Below are positions 12,706 to 23,674 of a stretch of DNA of 64,000 nt, in pieces (the first letter of the stretch is position 1; the number at the start of each line of letters is the position of its first letter). The stretch spans positions 57,545-121,544 of the forward strand of contig JAXMNT010000022.1 in assembly GCA_034670305.1 (NCBI GenBank). Reading direction: 5' to 3'. Made by a program: the position numbers and the translations under genes. Below the pieces are notes generated by a model that saw only the letters and a list, made by a program, of their open reading frames with translations, did no database searches and was not told the origin of the DNA. The stretch comes from Deltaproteobacteria bacterium. Its GTDB lineage: Bacteria; Myxococcota_A; Polyangia; Polyangiales; Houyiibacteriaceae.

Positions 12706-14454
12706 CTAGGGTTCGGTGACGACCAGTCGCTGCCGCGTCGGCACGTTCGTGAAGGTCTGCGTCTGGTCGGAGGCCGGCCAGTACACCTCGACGCGCGCGA
12801 CCTCTTCGAGTTCGTTCAGTCCGAAGTGCGGCGTGCCGGGTGTGTTGCCGAGAAACCCGCACCCGTTGCCGGCGACGCGCAGCATCGGCGGGCTCTCTTC
12901 GGTCGGCCACACCCGCACGACGGCGCCGTACCCGTCGCGGTTCGAACTCGTGCCGACCGTCGCGACCTCGAGCCATGCACGGCCGTCGGCCACGTCGTTT
13001 CGGAACAGCGTCGGTGCGTCGAGGCTGTGGGTGATGAGCAGGTCGTGGTCGCCGTCGCCGTCCGCATCGAATGTGACCACCGCGCGGCCGACTCCGTCGT
13101 CGATCAAGCCGAGCTCCGCGGCGACGTCGGTGAACGTGCCATCGCCGTTGTTGCGCCACAGCTTCATCGGATCGGTGAGAAAACCCGTGGACTCGGGCGG
13201 GTGGCGCATGCCGTTGGTCGCCACCAGATCCAGATCGCCGTCGAGGTCGTAGTCGAAGAACCGCGCGCCCCAACCCCAGCCCGCCTCGCGCACGCCCGCC
13301 TCGTCGGTCACGTCGGTGAACCGGCGGTCCCCGTCGTTGCGGTAGAGCCGGTTGCCGCTCGTGCCCCAATGGCAGCTGTCGGTCGCGGCGCAGGTGTCGT
13401 CGTAGATGGCGGTGACGAACCAATCGAGATCACCGTCCCCATCGTAATCGCCGAGCGCGCTGCCCATCCCGTTCTCGTCGGTGCCGACGCCGGCTTCGAC
13501 GGTGCCGTCGGAGAACAACTCGCCCTCGTTCCAGAACGCCCGCGACGAGTCGAAGTCGGCGGCCACGAAGAGATCCGGCCGGCCGTCGCCGTCGACGTCC
13601 GTCAGCGTCGGGGTGAACCCCCAGGCGCCCGCACGCACGACGTCCTCCATGCGCACTCCGAGTTCCGTCGTGACGTCCCGATAAAACCCTGGCGCACTGG
13701 CACCGCGGTTGCGCAGGAGCGAGTTCCGGGAATCGCCCACCGACGACCGCCGCACGCGCCACTCGGACGTGGCGAGATCCAGAAATCCATCGAGGTCGAA
13801 GTCTCCGAAACACGAGCTCGTGGTCGAATGAAAGAACCCGTCGGTCTCGACCTGGGCGACCTGCCGCGTCACCCCGACCTCGTCGAACCCGCCGCGGCCG
13901 TCGTTGACCAGCAGAAAGTACCGGTCTTCGCCCACCGTGCCGACCAATAGGTCTGGGTCCCCGTCGTTCTCGATGTCCGCGAACGCGGCCCCGTTCGAGA
14001 AGTTGAACTCGGGCAGCGCGTCCATGGTCCGTGGCTCGAACCGCCAGCCCCCTTGGTTGACGTACAGCACGTCGGGCGCTTCGAAGTGGGTCAGGAACAC
14101 ATCGAGGTCGCCATCGCGGTCCACGTCACGAACCGCGACGCCTCCACCCATCCGCAGGGAGGTGCACGATGTGTTGTCGCCCAGGTAGCAGGGCACCGGG
14201 TAGGTCTCGCGCCACTGGGGTTCGACCAGCGTCGTGTCCGTCCGAACGAACCGGGGTCCCGTCACGAACGCGTCCACCGATGGCTGCCCATCGACCGGGC
14301 CCACGTCCTGCACGTCGGACGCGTCCGCGTCGGTCGCATCCACGCCCGTCGCCGCATCCGGTTGGGTGTCGTCGGGAGGCCCGTCGGTGCTGCACGCGCC
14401 GACGATCGTGCACAGGCTTGCGATCGCCGCGCACCACGAATTCTCCCGGCGCAT
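12706..14454 (-). CDS. CRTAC1/ASPIC-UnbV family FG-GAP repeat lipoprotein
   Basis: Lipobox VGA-C; multiple DxDxDGDxD repeats; NRLYRNDGD; C-terminal SNRDGYGA...HFGL...VYWP typical of ASPIC/UnbV. Confidence 0.88.
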   Translation of the reverse strand: MRRENSWCAAIASLCTIVGACSTDGPPDDTQPDAATGVDATDADASDVQDVGPVDGQPSVDAFVTGPRFVRTDTTLVEPQWRETYPVPCYLGDNTSCTSLRMGGGVAVRDVDRDGDLDVFLTHFEAPDVLYVNQGGWRFEPRTMDALPEFNFSNGAAFADIENDGDPDLLVGTVGEDRYFLLVNDGRGGFDEVGVTRQVAQVETDGFFHSTTSSCFGDFDLDGFLDLATSEWRVRRSSVGDSRNSLLRNRGASAPGFYRDVTTELGVRMEDVVRAGAWGFTPTLTDVDGDGRPDLFVAADFDSSRAFWNEGELFSDGTVEAGVGTDENGMGSALGDYDGDGDLDWFVTAIYDDTCAATDSCHWGTSGNRLYRNDGDRRFTDVTDEAGVREAGWGWGARFFDYDLDGDLDLVATNGMRHPPESTGFLTDPMKLWRNNGDGTFTDVAAELGLIDDGVGRAVVTFDADGDGDHDLLITHSLDAPTLFRNDVADGRAWLEVATVGTSSNRDGYGAVVRVWPTEESPPMLRVAGNGCGFLGNTPGTPHFGLNELEEVARVEVYWPASDQTQTFTNVPTRQRLVVTEP

Positions 14455-14522
14455 TCGACAACCATAGTATGCGGCCGCGCAGACGCCGTCGGTGGATGTG
14501 CGTTTTCGCCAGACCCCCACCC

Positions 14523-14556
14523 AAAGAAAAACGGGCCGACCTCTCGGCCGACCCGT
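14523..14556 (-). terminator. Rho-independent terminator after the large lipoprotein gene
   Basis: Minus strand reads ACGGGTCGGCC-GAGA-GGTCGGCCCGT followed by TTTTCTTT. Confidence 0.75.
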
Positions 14557-14596
14557 CTCTCGTCATGCGACCGATTCCGGCCGCGTCATGTCCGAC

Positions 14597-17398
14597 TCAG
14601 GGAGTCGGGGTCCAAGTCATCGCCGTGCTCGCTTCGACGACGCCAGCGGCCGAGTTGAGCTCGATCGAGTTGTCGACGTTGCGAAGACCGACGAGGTCGC
14701 CCGCCAGGTTCGTGGCGACCTGTCCTGCGCCGTAGACGAAGTCGATCTCGCCCGTTGCGTGGAGGATGATCTGGAACTCGATGTCCTCGGCCGGGTCGAA
14801 TCCGCCGAAGGTCGCGCCGCGGTACTCGATCGTGTAGGTGTCGCCGTCGGCGAATCCACAGACTTCGGTCGGGACCAGGTCGCGATCGAAGGGCGCGACG
14901 ATGTTGCCATCGCCGGCGCTGAGGAAGCTGCCTGCGGGCGGCGCGTCGAACGAGATGAAGCCGTTCGTCGAGGTGTAGAACTCCGTGACGACTTCGCCGA
15001 AGAACTCGAACCCGGCGAACGAGGCCGGAAGCGCGGTCGGGTCCATCGAAACCGAGTCGTCTCCGCTCGCCAGGATGACGCCCGTGCCACCCTCGCTCGG
15101 GCAGACGCTGACGAGGTCGATGACCGCGGGCGCGCTGCTGTAGGGCGGGGGCACGGAGCTGACGGTCACGTCGTAGGTGCCCGCGGCTCCAGCGAAGTCG
15201 TTGACGCGGAAGGCCGCGACAAGTCCATCGACGGAGACGAAGCGCACGAAGCTCTCGCCTTCACCGTCGAGGCCATCGTCCGCAAGGGTGCGGGTGGTGG
15301 CGCCGGGGATGGCGAGGTCACGAAGCACGAGGTCGTTCGCGGCTGCCACGTTCGTGAGCGCGACCGTGACGATTTCGCCGACCGTGTCGTCGCGCACGAG
15401 GTAGCGGTTCGTACCGTCGGCCGCGAGGGCTTCGCCGGTGCGGGTCGCCGGGGTGGTCTCGTCGACCGTGCCCAGATCCGTGAACGCGACGTTGTCGACC
15501 GTGAGGCTGAACGTCTCGTCGGCGTCGTGGCCGTCGGCGTCCGACACGGAGACGAGGTACGCGGCGCCCATGCCGGCCGGGATGCGCTCGGGGCTGTCGC
15601 CGTCGGCGGCGAAGTCGCCGTCGTCCGCGCCAAGACCCACGTCGAGCACGCCGAACTCACCGAGGGGGTACAGGTCGATCTGCACTTCGGTGAGGTTCGT
15701 GAGCGAGGTGACCGTGTAGTTGATCCAGTCGGCGGTCGTGGTGTCGACCGTGAAGAATCCGCGGTCGTGCGTCGCGAGGTCGGCGTCGCCGGCGGTGCCG
15801 AGGGTGAGCTCGGCCGGGGTGATCGCCACGCGCGTGAAGTTCACGTCGTAGGTCGGGCCCGAGGTCTCGTCCGGTCCGAGGTCGATGTCGTAGAGGCGGA
15901 CGTAGTGCACGCCCGAGTCGCCGATCGCGATGTACTCGGTACCGTCGGCGCAGTCGCCGGCGCAGAGTGCGCTGCCCGAGCCGGCCGGTCCGAAGACCGC
16001 CATGCCGGTGAGGTCGTCGCCGTCCGCGTGGTCGAAGCTGAGCTTGACGACGTCGCCTTCGGTCGCCTCGAAGAACACCCAGCGGAACAGGTCCGGGTCG
16101 TGGGTGAACGTGACGGTGCCGTCTTCGGGCATCTCCTGAGCGGCGGAGTCGTCGACCGTGAGCTCGAAGTCCACGTCGCCGAAGTTCAGGTTGAAGACGT
16201 GGTCGACGACCACGAGGACTTCTTCACCCGCGCGCAGGCCGAAGATGGCTGCACCACCGGTGCCGCTCGTGTCCGTCTCGGCCAGGCTCTGGAAGTCGTC
16301 GTCGACGACGTTGACCATCGAGCCGGCGAGGTTCGCGTTGTCGAGGGTCTCGCCGTCGGCGTCCACCTCGGCGAGGTTCGTGAAGAGGAGCTGTCCTTCG
16401 GTCGCGGTGAGCGAGAAGAAGGTCGGGTCACCGAAGGTGCCCGGCTGCGCCATGCCGACCGTGATCGGGGTGGGCGTCGGGATCTCGGTGACTTCGAGCT
16501 GCACGAAGTAACAGTTGTCCGGGCCGCCCGCGGGCTCCCCGAAGAGGAGGCTGCGGCCGTCGGTCGCAAGGATGAAGTAGGTGCCCGCGTCCGGAAGGAA
16601 GATCTGGCCGTTGGCGCCGTCGCCCGAGAGGTCGATCATGAAGCGCTGCCAGCCGGCGTCCGCCACGTCCGTGTCGTTGCCGCCGAGGAAGGCGACCGCG
16701 CCGTTCGCGCCGCCGATGCCGTCGACGTTCACGTTGAGCAGGGTCGGCTCGTCCACGACGATGCGGAAGAAGTCGAAGTCGGCGTCGATGGTGCCGTCGT
16801 CGTCGAAGTCCGTCGGCTCGACGCATCCGAAGAACGTGCCGGTGCCGTCCGCGATGTCGACTTCCTGCGGCATGAAGCCTTCCTCGTTGTATTCGGGGTC
16901 GTTCGGCTCAGCGAGCTCGAGCACGTCCGCCATGCCTTCGAGGAGCGAGTCGGGATCGACACAGCTCGAGGACTCCATCACGAAGACGAGGTCGCCTTCA
17001 CAGATGGCGTCCGGGTCGACGACGCAGGTGCCGCTGTCGGTGTCGAAGATGGTGTTGCCGGTGCAGATGACCGAGCCGTCGGGCACGCACGCGTCGCCCA
17101 TTTGAATGGTGCCGGTGCCGCAGGAGAGGTCCCCGGTCGACTCCGGGAAACACATGGTTCCCATCAGGATGGTGCCCGCGCCACACGTGGTGCCGTCGAC
17201 CACGTCGGGGTCACACATGCCCGTCATTGCATTGAACGTGGTGCCGTCCGAGCAGATGTCGGCGGTCGGCACGCAAGCGCCGTCCATCTCGATCGTACCC
17301 GCACCGCACTCGGCGCCCGTGTCCCCGCAGCCAGTGGCTGCCCCTACACTCAACGCCGCGAAGGCGAGGAGCACGCGAAAGCGATTCTCGTAAATCAT
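14597..17398 (-). CDS. Large acidic surface lipoprotein with six N-terminal Cys-pair repeats and PPC-like beta-sandwich domains
   Basis: Lipobox ATG-C; repeats CGAGTIEMDGACVP / CGAGTILMGTMCFP / CGTGTIQMGDACVP; EPND..., DFDFFR, GTYFI and GVHYVR PPC-like strands; strong GC3 bias. Confidence 0.75.
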   Translation of the reverse strand: MIYENRFRVLLAFAALSVGAATGCGDTGAECGAGTIEMDGACVPTADICSDGTTFNAMTGMCDPDVVDGTTCGAGTILMGTMCFPESTGDLSCGTGTIQMGDACVPDGSVICTGNTIFDTDSGTCVVDPDAICEGDLVFVMESSSCVDPDSLLEGMADVLELAEPNDPEYNEEGFMPQEVDIADGTGTFFGCVEPTDFDDDGTIDADFDFFRIVVDEPTLLNVNVDGIGGANGAVAFLGGNDTDVADAGWQRFMIDLSGDGANGQIFLPDAGTYFILATDGRSLLFGEPAGGPDNCYFVQLEVTEIPTPTPITVGMAQPGTFGDPTFFSLTATEGQLLFTNLAEVDADGETLDNANLAGSMVNVVDDDFQSLAETDTSGTGGAAIFGLRAGEEVLVVVDHVFNLNFGDVDFELTVDDSAAQEMPEDGTVTFTHDPDLFRWVFFEATEGDVVKLSFDHADGDDLTGMAVFGPAGSGSALCAGDCADGTEYIAIGDSGVHYVRLYDIDLGPDETSGPTYDVNFTRVAITPAELTLGTAGDADLATHDRGFFTVDTTTADWINYTVTSLTNLTEVQIDLYPLGEFGVLDVGLGADDGDFAADGDSPERIPAGMGAAYLVSVSDADGHDADETFSLTVDNVAFTDLGTVDETTPATRTGEALAADGTNRYLVRDDTVGEIVTVALTNVAAANDLVLRDLAIPGATTRTLADDGLDGEGESFVRFVSVDGLVAAFRVNDFAGAAGTYDVTVSSVPPPYSSAPAVIDLVSVCPSEGGTGVILASGDDSVSMDPTALPASFAGFEFFGEVVTEFYTSTNGFISFDAPPAGSFLSAGDGNIVAPFDRDLVPTEVCGFADGDTYTIEYRGATFGGFDPAEDIEFQIILHATGEIDFVYGAGQVATNLAGDLVGLRNVDNSIELNSAAGVVEASTAMTWTPTP

Positions 17399-17509
17399 AG
17401 GGGGTCGGAATGACGGGTTCCTGACAAAGCGTCAACCGCTGGCCCCCCGTTCATGTGAGAAAAGGGCGGTGTGCACGAATGGGACGGCCCTGTCCGGGGA
17501 CACGGCGCT

Positions 17510-18130
17510 CTAAGCGGGGTAGGGGGACTCGCGGTCGTCGAGGAGCCACTCGGAGCCGCCGATCCACTCGTGGTGCGGACCGAGCTCGGGCGGCGGCGAG
17601 GGCGCGGAGGGGCCCTCGTAGATCGCCAGATCGTCGAACCGCTCCACGAAGTCCCGGAGCGAGATTCTCTGCTCCGGCGACACGACGACCCCCTCGCCGC
17701 ACAACTCCACGCGCACGTGTTGGGCCAGCGCCATCCGGCGCACGGTGTCGATGGTCAGCTGGGCGGTGACCGCGTCGAAGACCCCATCGTTCATCGGGAC
17801 CCCAGCCCAGTGTGCGGTGACCGGCTCGCGTTCCCCGTCCACGTCCAAGACCATCGCGCCGCAGGTCCACTGCTGATGCGACGCCGGGGTGCCGAGCAGC
17901 ACGTCCACGCGGATTTCGTCCGTTTCGGGATGGGCTGTCAGGTCGAAGCTTCCCCAGCCAACCGGGGAGCGCGTGCTGCTCCAGGTCATTTCAGCCGTCA
18001 AACTCGGGGGAAAGACGAACGGCTCGTCGCCGACCGTGGCCAGTTCATCCGGCGAATCGGGCTGGTCCGGAAGGGCATGGGTGCCTCCCAGAACCATGAA
18101 CATCCCTAGAAGTGCGACGAAGGTACGCAT
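17510..18130 (-). CDS. Hypothetical secreted protein
   Basis: Signal peptide MRTFVALLGMFMVLGGTHA; coding-like codon usage. Confidence 0.6.
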   Translation of the reverse strand: MRTFVALLGMFMVLGGTHALPDQPDSPDELATVGDEPFVFPPSLTAEMTWSSTRSPVGWGSFDLTAHPETDEIRVDVLLGTPASHQQWTCGAMVLDVDGEREPVTAHWAGVPMNDGVFDAVTAQLTIDTVRRMALAQHVRVELCGEGVVVSPEQRISLRDFVERFDDLAIYEGPSAPSPPPELGPHHEWIGGSEWLLDDRESPYPA

Positions 18131-18456
18131 GACGGCTCGAGGTTGGACCCAGCCTGGTCGAGGATCTTGGGTCCATATTACCTGCCATTACGGGCCTGGC
18201 TCGCTTCGCGAGACTGGCGGCCCTAATTCGCGCCCGTCGCTGCCTGCACGTGCTCGCCGCCACTGCACTTGATGGCATGACGAAGCATCTGGGGCGATTG
18301 GCGGCTGCGCGCGTCCAGCCGCGGGGCACGGCCCCCAACCCCGTCCGTGACACGGCTTGCTCGCTTCGCCCAGGCTAGGGCGGAAACTTCCGGCCCGGGA
18401 AGCGTCTGCGCCGGGAAGAAGATGCGCCGGGCACAATCGGCGGTAAGGTCGGGTCG

Positions 18457-19371
18457 ATGCGTCTACTGCACGTGTTCGAGCACGAGGACGATGCGGAGCG
18501 TCTGGTGGCTGCGCTCTACGTCGAACAGATCGACGCATCGGTCCGCGAGGGACGCGGCACCTCGTGGCAGCTGATGGTGCATGACGACGACGACCTCGAC
18601 GCGGCGCGGGCCTTGCTCGCCCGGTTCGAAGCCGATCCCGACGACCCGATCTTCCAGGATCGGGAACGCGAGGCTCGGGAGAAGAAGAAGGCGGCTGCCA
18701 AGGAGGCGCGCAAGAGCCGTCACCGAGTCGAGAAAGCCCGCCGGCTCATCGATGGCGCGAACGCGCCGGGCTACGTCACCATCGGGCTCATCGCCTTCAG
18801 CGTCGGGCTCTTCTTCCTCGACGCGGCGCGCCCGGAGATCGGTCGCGCGCTGGTCATTCGGCCGCTGGGCTACGCTCGCCCCGACGGCGGGTTCAGCGTC
18901 GAGGTCTGGCTCACGCTGCAGCAGACCGTGGCGTCGGGTGAAGTCTGGCGCCTGTTCGCGGGCACCTTCCTCCACGGCGGCATGATGCACCTCGGGTTCA
19001 ACTGCCTCTGGCTCTACTCGCTCGGCACGATGTTCGAGCGCGCCCACTCGTCGTGGCGGCTCTTGTTCTTCACGCTGGTGTTCGGCACCGGGGGCGTCAT
19101 CGCCGAGGTGGTCGCATCCGGGCACCCCGCCATCGGGCTCTCGGGGGTGGTCTACGGCCTCTTCGGCTACCTGTGGATCCGCGGCAAGTACGACCCGCAG
19201 TTCGCGGTCCAGATCCCGCGCTCCACCGTCATGTGGATGGTCGTCTGGTACGTGCTGTGTTTCGGGCTGCTGCAGGTCGCCAACGGCGCCCACACGTTCG
19301 GTCTGGTGTTCGGTGCGGCGGGCGGGTTCCTCTCGTCCGGGTACATCGGCCGTCAGCTGCTCAGGAAGTAG
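18457..19371 (+). CDS. glpG: Rhomboid family intramembrane serine protease (GlpG-like)
   Basis: WR motif (EVWRL), HGGMMHLGFN, catalytic GLSG and ANGAH; soluble N-terminal domain. Confidence 0.9.
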   Translation: MRLLHVFEHEDDAERLVAALYVEQIDASVREGRGTSWQLMVHDDDDLDAARALLARFEADPDDPIFQDREREAREKKKAAAKEARKSRHRVEKARRLIDGANAPGYVTIGLIAFSVGLFFLDAARPEIGRALVIRPLGYARPDGGFSVEVWLTLQQTVASGEVWRLFAGTFLHGGMMHLGFNCLWLYSLGTMFERAHSSWRLLFFTLVFGTGGVIAEVVASGHPAIGLSGVVYGLFGYLWIRGKYDPQFAVQIPRSTVMWMVVWYVLCFGLLQVANGAHTFGLVFGAAGGFLSSGYIGRQLLRK

Positions 19372-19373
19372 TC

Positions 19374-19814
19374 GTGCGCGCATCCTGGCCGGCGGCGATC
19401 TTCGCTCTGTTGATGTTGGGCACCGTCCTGTCCCCGGCGCTGGGGCACCCGGACGACGACAGCTTTCCGCTCAGCCACTACCCGATGTTCAGCCACCACC
19501 GGCCCCGCGACATGACCATCGCGCAGGCGCTCGGGGTGCGAGACGACGGAACGACGCAGCCGCTCGGGCCCATGCTCAGCGCAGGCAACCGGGAAGTCCT
19601 GCAGTCCATGATGACGCTCGAGCACGCCATTCAGACCGGGCGCGCGCCCGGGCTCTGTCGCGAGATCGCCGAGCGGGTCGCGGCGTCCGCCGAACATGCC
19701 GAGATCGTGCACGTTCGGATCGCCCGAAGCACGTTCGATGTGGTCACCTACTTCGAGGGCGCCACCGAACCGAGCGCGCGCCAGATGTTCGCGGGCTGTC
19801 GAGTGGCGCGATGA
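19374..19814 (+). CDS. Small membrane-anchored partner of HTTM protein
   Basis: GTG start 2 nt after the rhomboid stop; N-terminal hydrophobic segment; DSFPLSHYPMFS motif; stop overlaps the HTTM start (ATGA). Confidence 0.7.
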   Translation: MRASWPAAIFALLMLGTVLSPALGHPDDDSFPLSHYPMFSHHRPRDMTIAQALGVRDDGTTQPLGPMLSAGNREVLQSMMTLEHAIQTGRAPGLCREIAERVAASAEHAEIVHVRIARSTFDVVTYFEGATEPSARQMFAGCRVAR

Positions 19815-21256
19815 CCGCGGTTCGAGCCACGGCTTCGAACGGCGCATGGCGGCGCGCGTTCGACTGGGCGCCGACCACCCCCGCGCTCCGGCTCGCGATG
19901 TTGCGGGTGATCGTCGGCCTCTACGCGACGGTGTACCTATGCGTTCGGCTGCCGCATCTGTGGAGCTATGCGATCGACGACGTCGCGCGCTTTCAGCCGG
20001 TAGGGCTCGCGACCTTCGCGCCCGCGCCGACCTTGCCCACGCTCTACCAGGTCCTCGTGGTCGCGACGCTGGTCTTCTCGGTGCTGTTCTTGCTCGGCGT
20101 TCGGCACCGCTTCGTCGCACCCGTGTTCGCGGCGCTCCTGCTCTGGGTCCTCACCTACTCGAACTCGTGGGGCAAGATCCTCCACACGGACAACCTGTTG
20201 GTCTGGCACGTGTGGGTGCTCGCGTTCGCACCCGCCGCCGACACTCTCTCGTTCGATGCGCGGGGCAAGCCGCTGCCTGCCGACTCGCGCGACTACGGTT
20301 GGGCGGTTCGCCTGATGGCCGCGTTGACGGTGGCGATCTATCTCTTGGCCGGCATCGCGAAGCTCCGGAACAGCGGGTTCGCGTTCGTCGACGGAGAGAC
20401 GCTTCGAAACTTCGTCGCGTTCGGCAACGTTCGGAAGATCGAACTCGGCAGCCACCACTCGCCGATCGGCGCGTACCTCTCCGCGTTCCCAACCTTCTTC
20501 TCCGTGCTCGCGTGGGGCAGCGTGGTGCTCGAACTCGGCGCGCCCGCAGCGCTCTTGCACCCCCGGCTCGGTCGGTGGTGGTCGTTCGGGGTGTGGGGGT
20601 TCCACGTCGGCGTGGTGGTGCTCATGGCCATCGGCTTCTTCTACCAACTCACCTTCGTCGCCTTCGCGCCGTTCTTCCGCGTGGAGCGACTGCTGGAGCG
20701 GCGCGGCGTGCGGTGGCTGAAGCGGTTCGTGCCGGAAGCCGAAACGCAATCGGAAGCGGAAGCGGAAGCAGAAGCGGAAGCGGAAGCGGACCCGGACGCG
20801 GAAGCGGAAGCGGGTGCGGGAGCGGGAGCGGGAGCGGGAGGGGGAGCGGGAGCGGGAGCGGGTGCGGAAGCGGGAGCGGGAGCGGACGCGGAATCCGAAA
20901 CCGACGCCGAAGCCGAAGCCGAAACCGACGCCGAAACCGACGCCGAAGCCGAAACCGAAACCGAAGCCGAAGCCGAAACCGACGCCGACGCCGAAGCCGA
21001 AGCCGAAGCCGAAACCGAAGCCGAAGCCGAAACCGACGCCGAAACCGACGCCGAAGCCGATGCCGATGCCGAAGCCGATACCGACGCCGATGCCGAAGCC
21101 GACGCCGAAGCCGACGCCGATGCCGAAGCCGCTGCCGAAGCCGATGCCGATGCCGACGCCGACGCCGAAGCCGAAGCCGAAGCCGAAGCCGCTGCCGAAG
21201 CCGTTGTCGAAGCCGATGCCGACGTTTCCGATGTCGGCTCCAGGTCCTCTTCCTAG
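19811..21256 (+). CDS. HTTM-domain (vitamin K-dependent gamma-carboxylase-like) membrane protein with C-terminal acidic low-complexity tail
   Basis: [29 protein letters not shown] and FHVG...MAIGF; the last ~170 aa are (E/D/G)-(A/T) dipeptide repeats. Confidence 0.85.
   Translation: MTAVRATASNGAWRRAFDWAPTTPALRLAMLRVIVGLYATVYLCVRLPHLWSYAIDDVARFQPVGLATFAPAPTLPTLYQVLVVATLVFSVLFLLGVRHRFVAPVFAALLLWVLTYSNSWGKILHTDNLLVWHVWVLAFAPAADTLSFDARGKPLPADSRDYGWAVRLMAALTVAIYLLAGIAKLRNSGFAFVDGETLRNFVAFGNVRKIELGSHHSPIGAYLSAFPTFFSVLAWGSVVLELGAPAALLHPRLGRWWSFGVWGFHVGVVVLMAIGFFYQLTFVAFAPFFRVERLLERRGVRWLKRFVPEAETQSEAEAEAEAEAEADPDAEAEAGAGAGAGAGGGAGAGAGAEAGAGADAESETDAEAEAETDAETDAEAETETEAEAETDADAEAEAEAETEAEAETDAETDAEADADAEADTDADAEADAEADADAEAAAEADADADADAEAEAEAEAAAEAVVEADADVSDVGSRSSS
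20735..21223 (+). repeat. Hexamer tandem tract (GAAGCG/GGAGCG/GAAGCC/GAAACC/GACGCC/GATGCC), in frame in the HTTM gene
   Basis: About 490 bp of unbroken 6-bp periodicity with block-wise drift of the unit. Confidence 0.95.
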
Positions 21257-23607
21257 CGGTAGAGGTGGTGCGGGGTCGCGCGTTCTGCGAATGCGGCGCG
21301 TTCGTCTTCGCCGAGGGCGAGGAGAGTTTCCAGGGCGCGTTCGGTGAGTGCTTCGGTGACGCGGGGGTCGCCGACCATTCGGACGAGGCGGTCGGTCTCC
21401 CAGTCGCCCGGGTGGGTGCGGGCGAGGGCGCGCAGGATGGCGAGGCCGAGGACGTTCGGTGTGTAGCGCGCGCCGTCGGTGATGCGGAAGCGGAGGCCGC
21501 GGCAGCGGGCGCGGCGGTGGGGGCGCGCGGTGGGGCGGAACTCGACGACTTCGATCGCGACGCCGGGGACCTCTCCGATCGCGGCGAGGAGCGCGTCGGG
21601 ATCCATCCAGGGCGCGCCGATGACTTCGAAGGGCATGTCGGTCCCGCGTCCGACCGAGACGTTGGTGCTCTCTGCGAGCGCGACCGCTGGGTAGAGCGCG
21701 GTCTGCTCAGGCGTGCGGAGGTTGGGGGAGGGCGGCGTCCAGCGCAGCCCGGTGTCGTCCCAGCGCATCGACCGGTCCCAGCCGACCATCCGAACCACGT
21801 CGAACTGCACGGCGATCGAACGCTCCGCGCGCATGAACGTCGCGAGTTCGCCGAGCGTTAGCCCGTGGGTGAGCGGCAGCGGGTGGTAGTTCACGAAGGA
21901 GCGCACGCTCGGTTGCGACATCGGTCCGAGCACCGCGTCACCGATGGGGTTCGGCCGGTCCAGCAGCACCACCCGCAGATCGTGTTCGGCGGCCGCCTCC
22001 ATCGCGGCGACCGTCGTGCTCGCGTAGGTGTAGAAGCGCGCGCCGACGTCCTGGAGATCGATCGCCAGCACGTCGAGTTCGTCGAGCGCTTCGGGCGGCG
22101 GTCGTCGGGTGGCTCCGAAGAGGGAGTGCACTTGCAACGAACCGAGTGCGCCGTCCGCAACATGGCCTTCCTGGTTGGCGGCCAGCCCGTGCTCCGGCGC
22201 GAAGAGGGCGACGAGGTTCACCTCGGGTGCGCGCTGCAGCACCTGCCAGGTGGGCTGTCCGTCTCCGGTGCGTCCCGCGTCGTTGGTCAACAGGCCGACC
22301 CGCGCGTTCTCGAGCTGCGAGAAGCCGTCGGCGCGCAAGACATCGATGCCGAGCCGGACCGCGTGCGCCGGTGCGGGTCGAGCGCGCGCGACCGCCGAGA
22401 CCGCGCGCCGTCCGACCGCACTTCGAAGCGGCGCCACTTCGCCGCTGCCGTCGGGATGCACCCGGTTGGAGAGCACGATCGCGTAGACCCCGTGGACCGG
22501 ATCGATCCAGAACCAGGTCCCGGTGTAGCCGCCGTGCCCGAACGCGTCGGCGGACCACCCCTCGTGGGTCCGGTCCTCGTGGTCGAGACCCAGCCCTCGC
22601 CCCTCGTGGTCGGCGGTCATCTCGCGCAGCGACGCGGCGTCGAGGATTGGATCGCCGCCACCGAGCATGGCTTCGGCGAACTCCGCCAGATCGTCGGCGG
22701 TCGCGAACAAACCCGCGTGTCCCGCCACGCCGCCGAGCCGCCACGCGCGCGGGTCGTTGACCTCACCGCGGATGATGGGTGGCGGGCTGCCGCGGCGTGG
22801 CGCGCGTTCGGTCGGCGCGATGCGATTGAGGAGCGAGGCGTTCGGACGGAAGCCGGCCGTCATGCCGAGCGGTTCGAACAGGTGCGTGCGCATCAACGCG
22901 TCGAGCGGCTGTCCCGTCGCGACCTCGGCCAAGAGACCGAGCGCGATGAACCCGAGGTCGCTGTAGACGTACGTGCCACGGCGTCCCACGAACGCGCCCC
23001 GCAAGGCGGCGCGCTTCGAGGCTTCGGCATCCTCGGGATCGTAGTCCGAGAGCGGGTTCACGGGCCGGAGCCCGGCCCGGTGGAGCAGCAGATCCCGTGG
23101 GGTGATGCCATGTCCGGCGAGCTCCGGGAGGCGCGCGTCGACGACTTCGTCGAGATCGATCGTGTGTCGTTCGGCGAGCTTCATCACGAGGGCCGCGGTG
23201 AACGTCTTGGTGACCGACGCGAGATCGAAGATCGTGTCTTCGGTCATCCACTCTGGTTGCGGCTCCAGCGCGCGCCGACCGAACGCGCGCCGGAAGACGA
23301 CGCCGTCGCGGTCGCCGAGCACGACCACCGCGCCCGGGATGTGGCCGCGCGCGATCGCGGCTTCGATGTCCGCCACCAGCGCGACCTCGTCTTCGAACCG
23401 AAGGCGCGCGGTCGGCGGCGCCGTGTGGGACGGTGCCAGCACGGGCTCGAGCGCTGCTTCCGAAGATTCGGTCTCGGGTGCGGGGTCGTTTGCCGGCGGG
23501 GGCTCGACCGGCTCGGGTGCGCGGCGGGCCCGACCCGAACACGACGCGCAGCACATGCCGGCCGTGGCCAAGACCACGAGGGTGCGAACAACAAGGCGCG
23601 GCGACAC
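21253..23607 (-). CDS. Lipoprotein fusion: beta-lactamase-like serine hydrolase + exo-beta-N-acetylmuramidase NamZ (DUF1343)
   Basis: DLASVTK (SxxK), [12 protein letters not shown] and FGHGGYTG; then [35 protein letters not shown] and SVGRGT. GTG start at 23607 chosen because the longer ORF runs through a repeat. Confidence 0.9.
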   Translation of the reverse strand: MSPRLVVRTLVVLATAGMCCASCSGRARRAPEPVEPPPANDPAPETESSEAALEPVLAPSHTAPPTARLRFEDEVALVADIEAAIARGHIPGAVVVLGDRDGVVFRRAFGRRALEPQPEWMTEDTIFDLASVTKTFTAALVMKLAERHTIDLDEVVDARLPELAGHGITPRDLLLHRAGLRPVNPLSDYDPEDAEASKRAALRGAFVGRRGTYVYSDLGFIALGLLAEVATGQPLDALMRTHLFEPLGMTAGFRPNASLLNRIAPTERAPRRGSPPPIIRGEVNDPRAWRLGGVAGHAGLFATADDLAEFAEAMLGGGDPILDAASLREMTADHEGRGLGLDHEDRTHEGWSADAFGHGGYTGTWFWIDPVHGVYAIVLSNRVHPDGSGEVAPLRSAVGRRAVSAVARARPAPAHAVRLGIDVLRADGFSQLENARVGLLTNDAGRTGDGQPTWQVLQRAPEVNLVALFAPEHGLAANQEGHVADGALGSLQVHSLFGATRRPPPEALDELDVLAIDLQDVGARFYTYASTTVAAMEAAAEHDLRVVLLDRPNPIGDAVLGPMSQPSVRSFVNYHPLPLTHGLTLGELATFMRAERSIAVQFDVVRMVGWDRSMRWDDTGLRWTPPSPNLRTPEQTALYPAVALAESTNVSVGRGTDMPFEVIGAPWMDPDALLAAIGEVPGVAIEVVEFRPTARPHRRARCRGLRFRITDGARYTPNVLGLAILRALARTHPGDWETDRLVRMVGDPRVTEALTERALETLLALGEDERAAFAERATPHHLYR

Positions 23608-23674
23608 CCCTCGATCATGCCGAACAGAACGAGGGCACGCACACTTCCCCGCAACAGCGCCGCACGTACGACGC

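Noticed and set aside
20814-21347. Alternative-frame (PK)n, (RS)n, (IG)n and (CF)n ORFs over the hexamer tracts
   Set aside because: Automatic products of stop-free hexamers, with no independent start signals or unique coding sequence.
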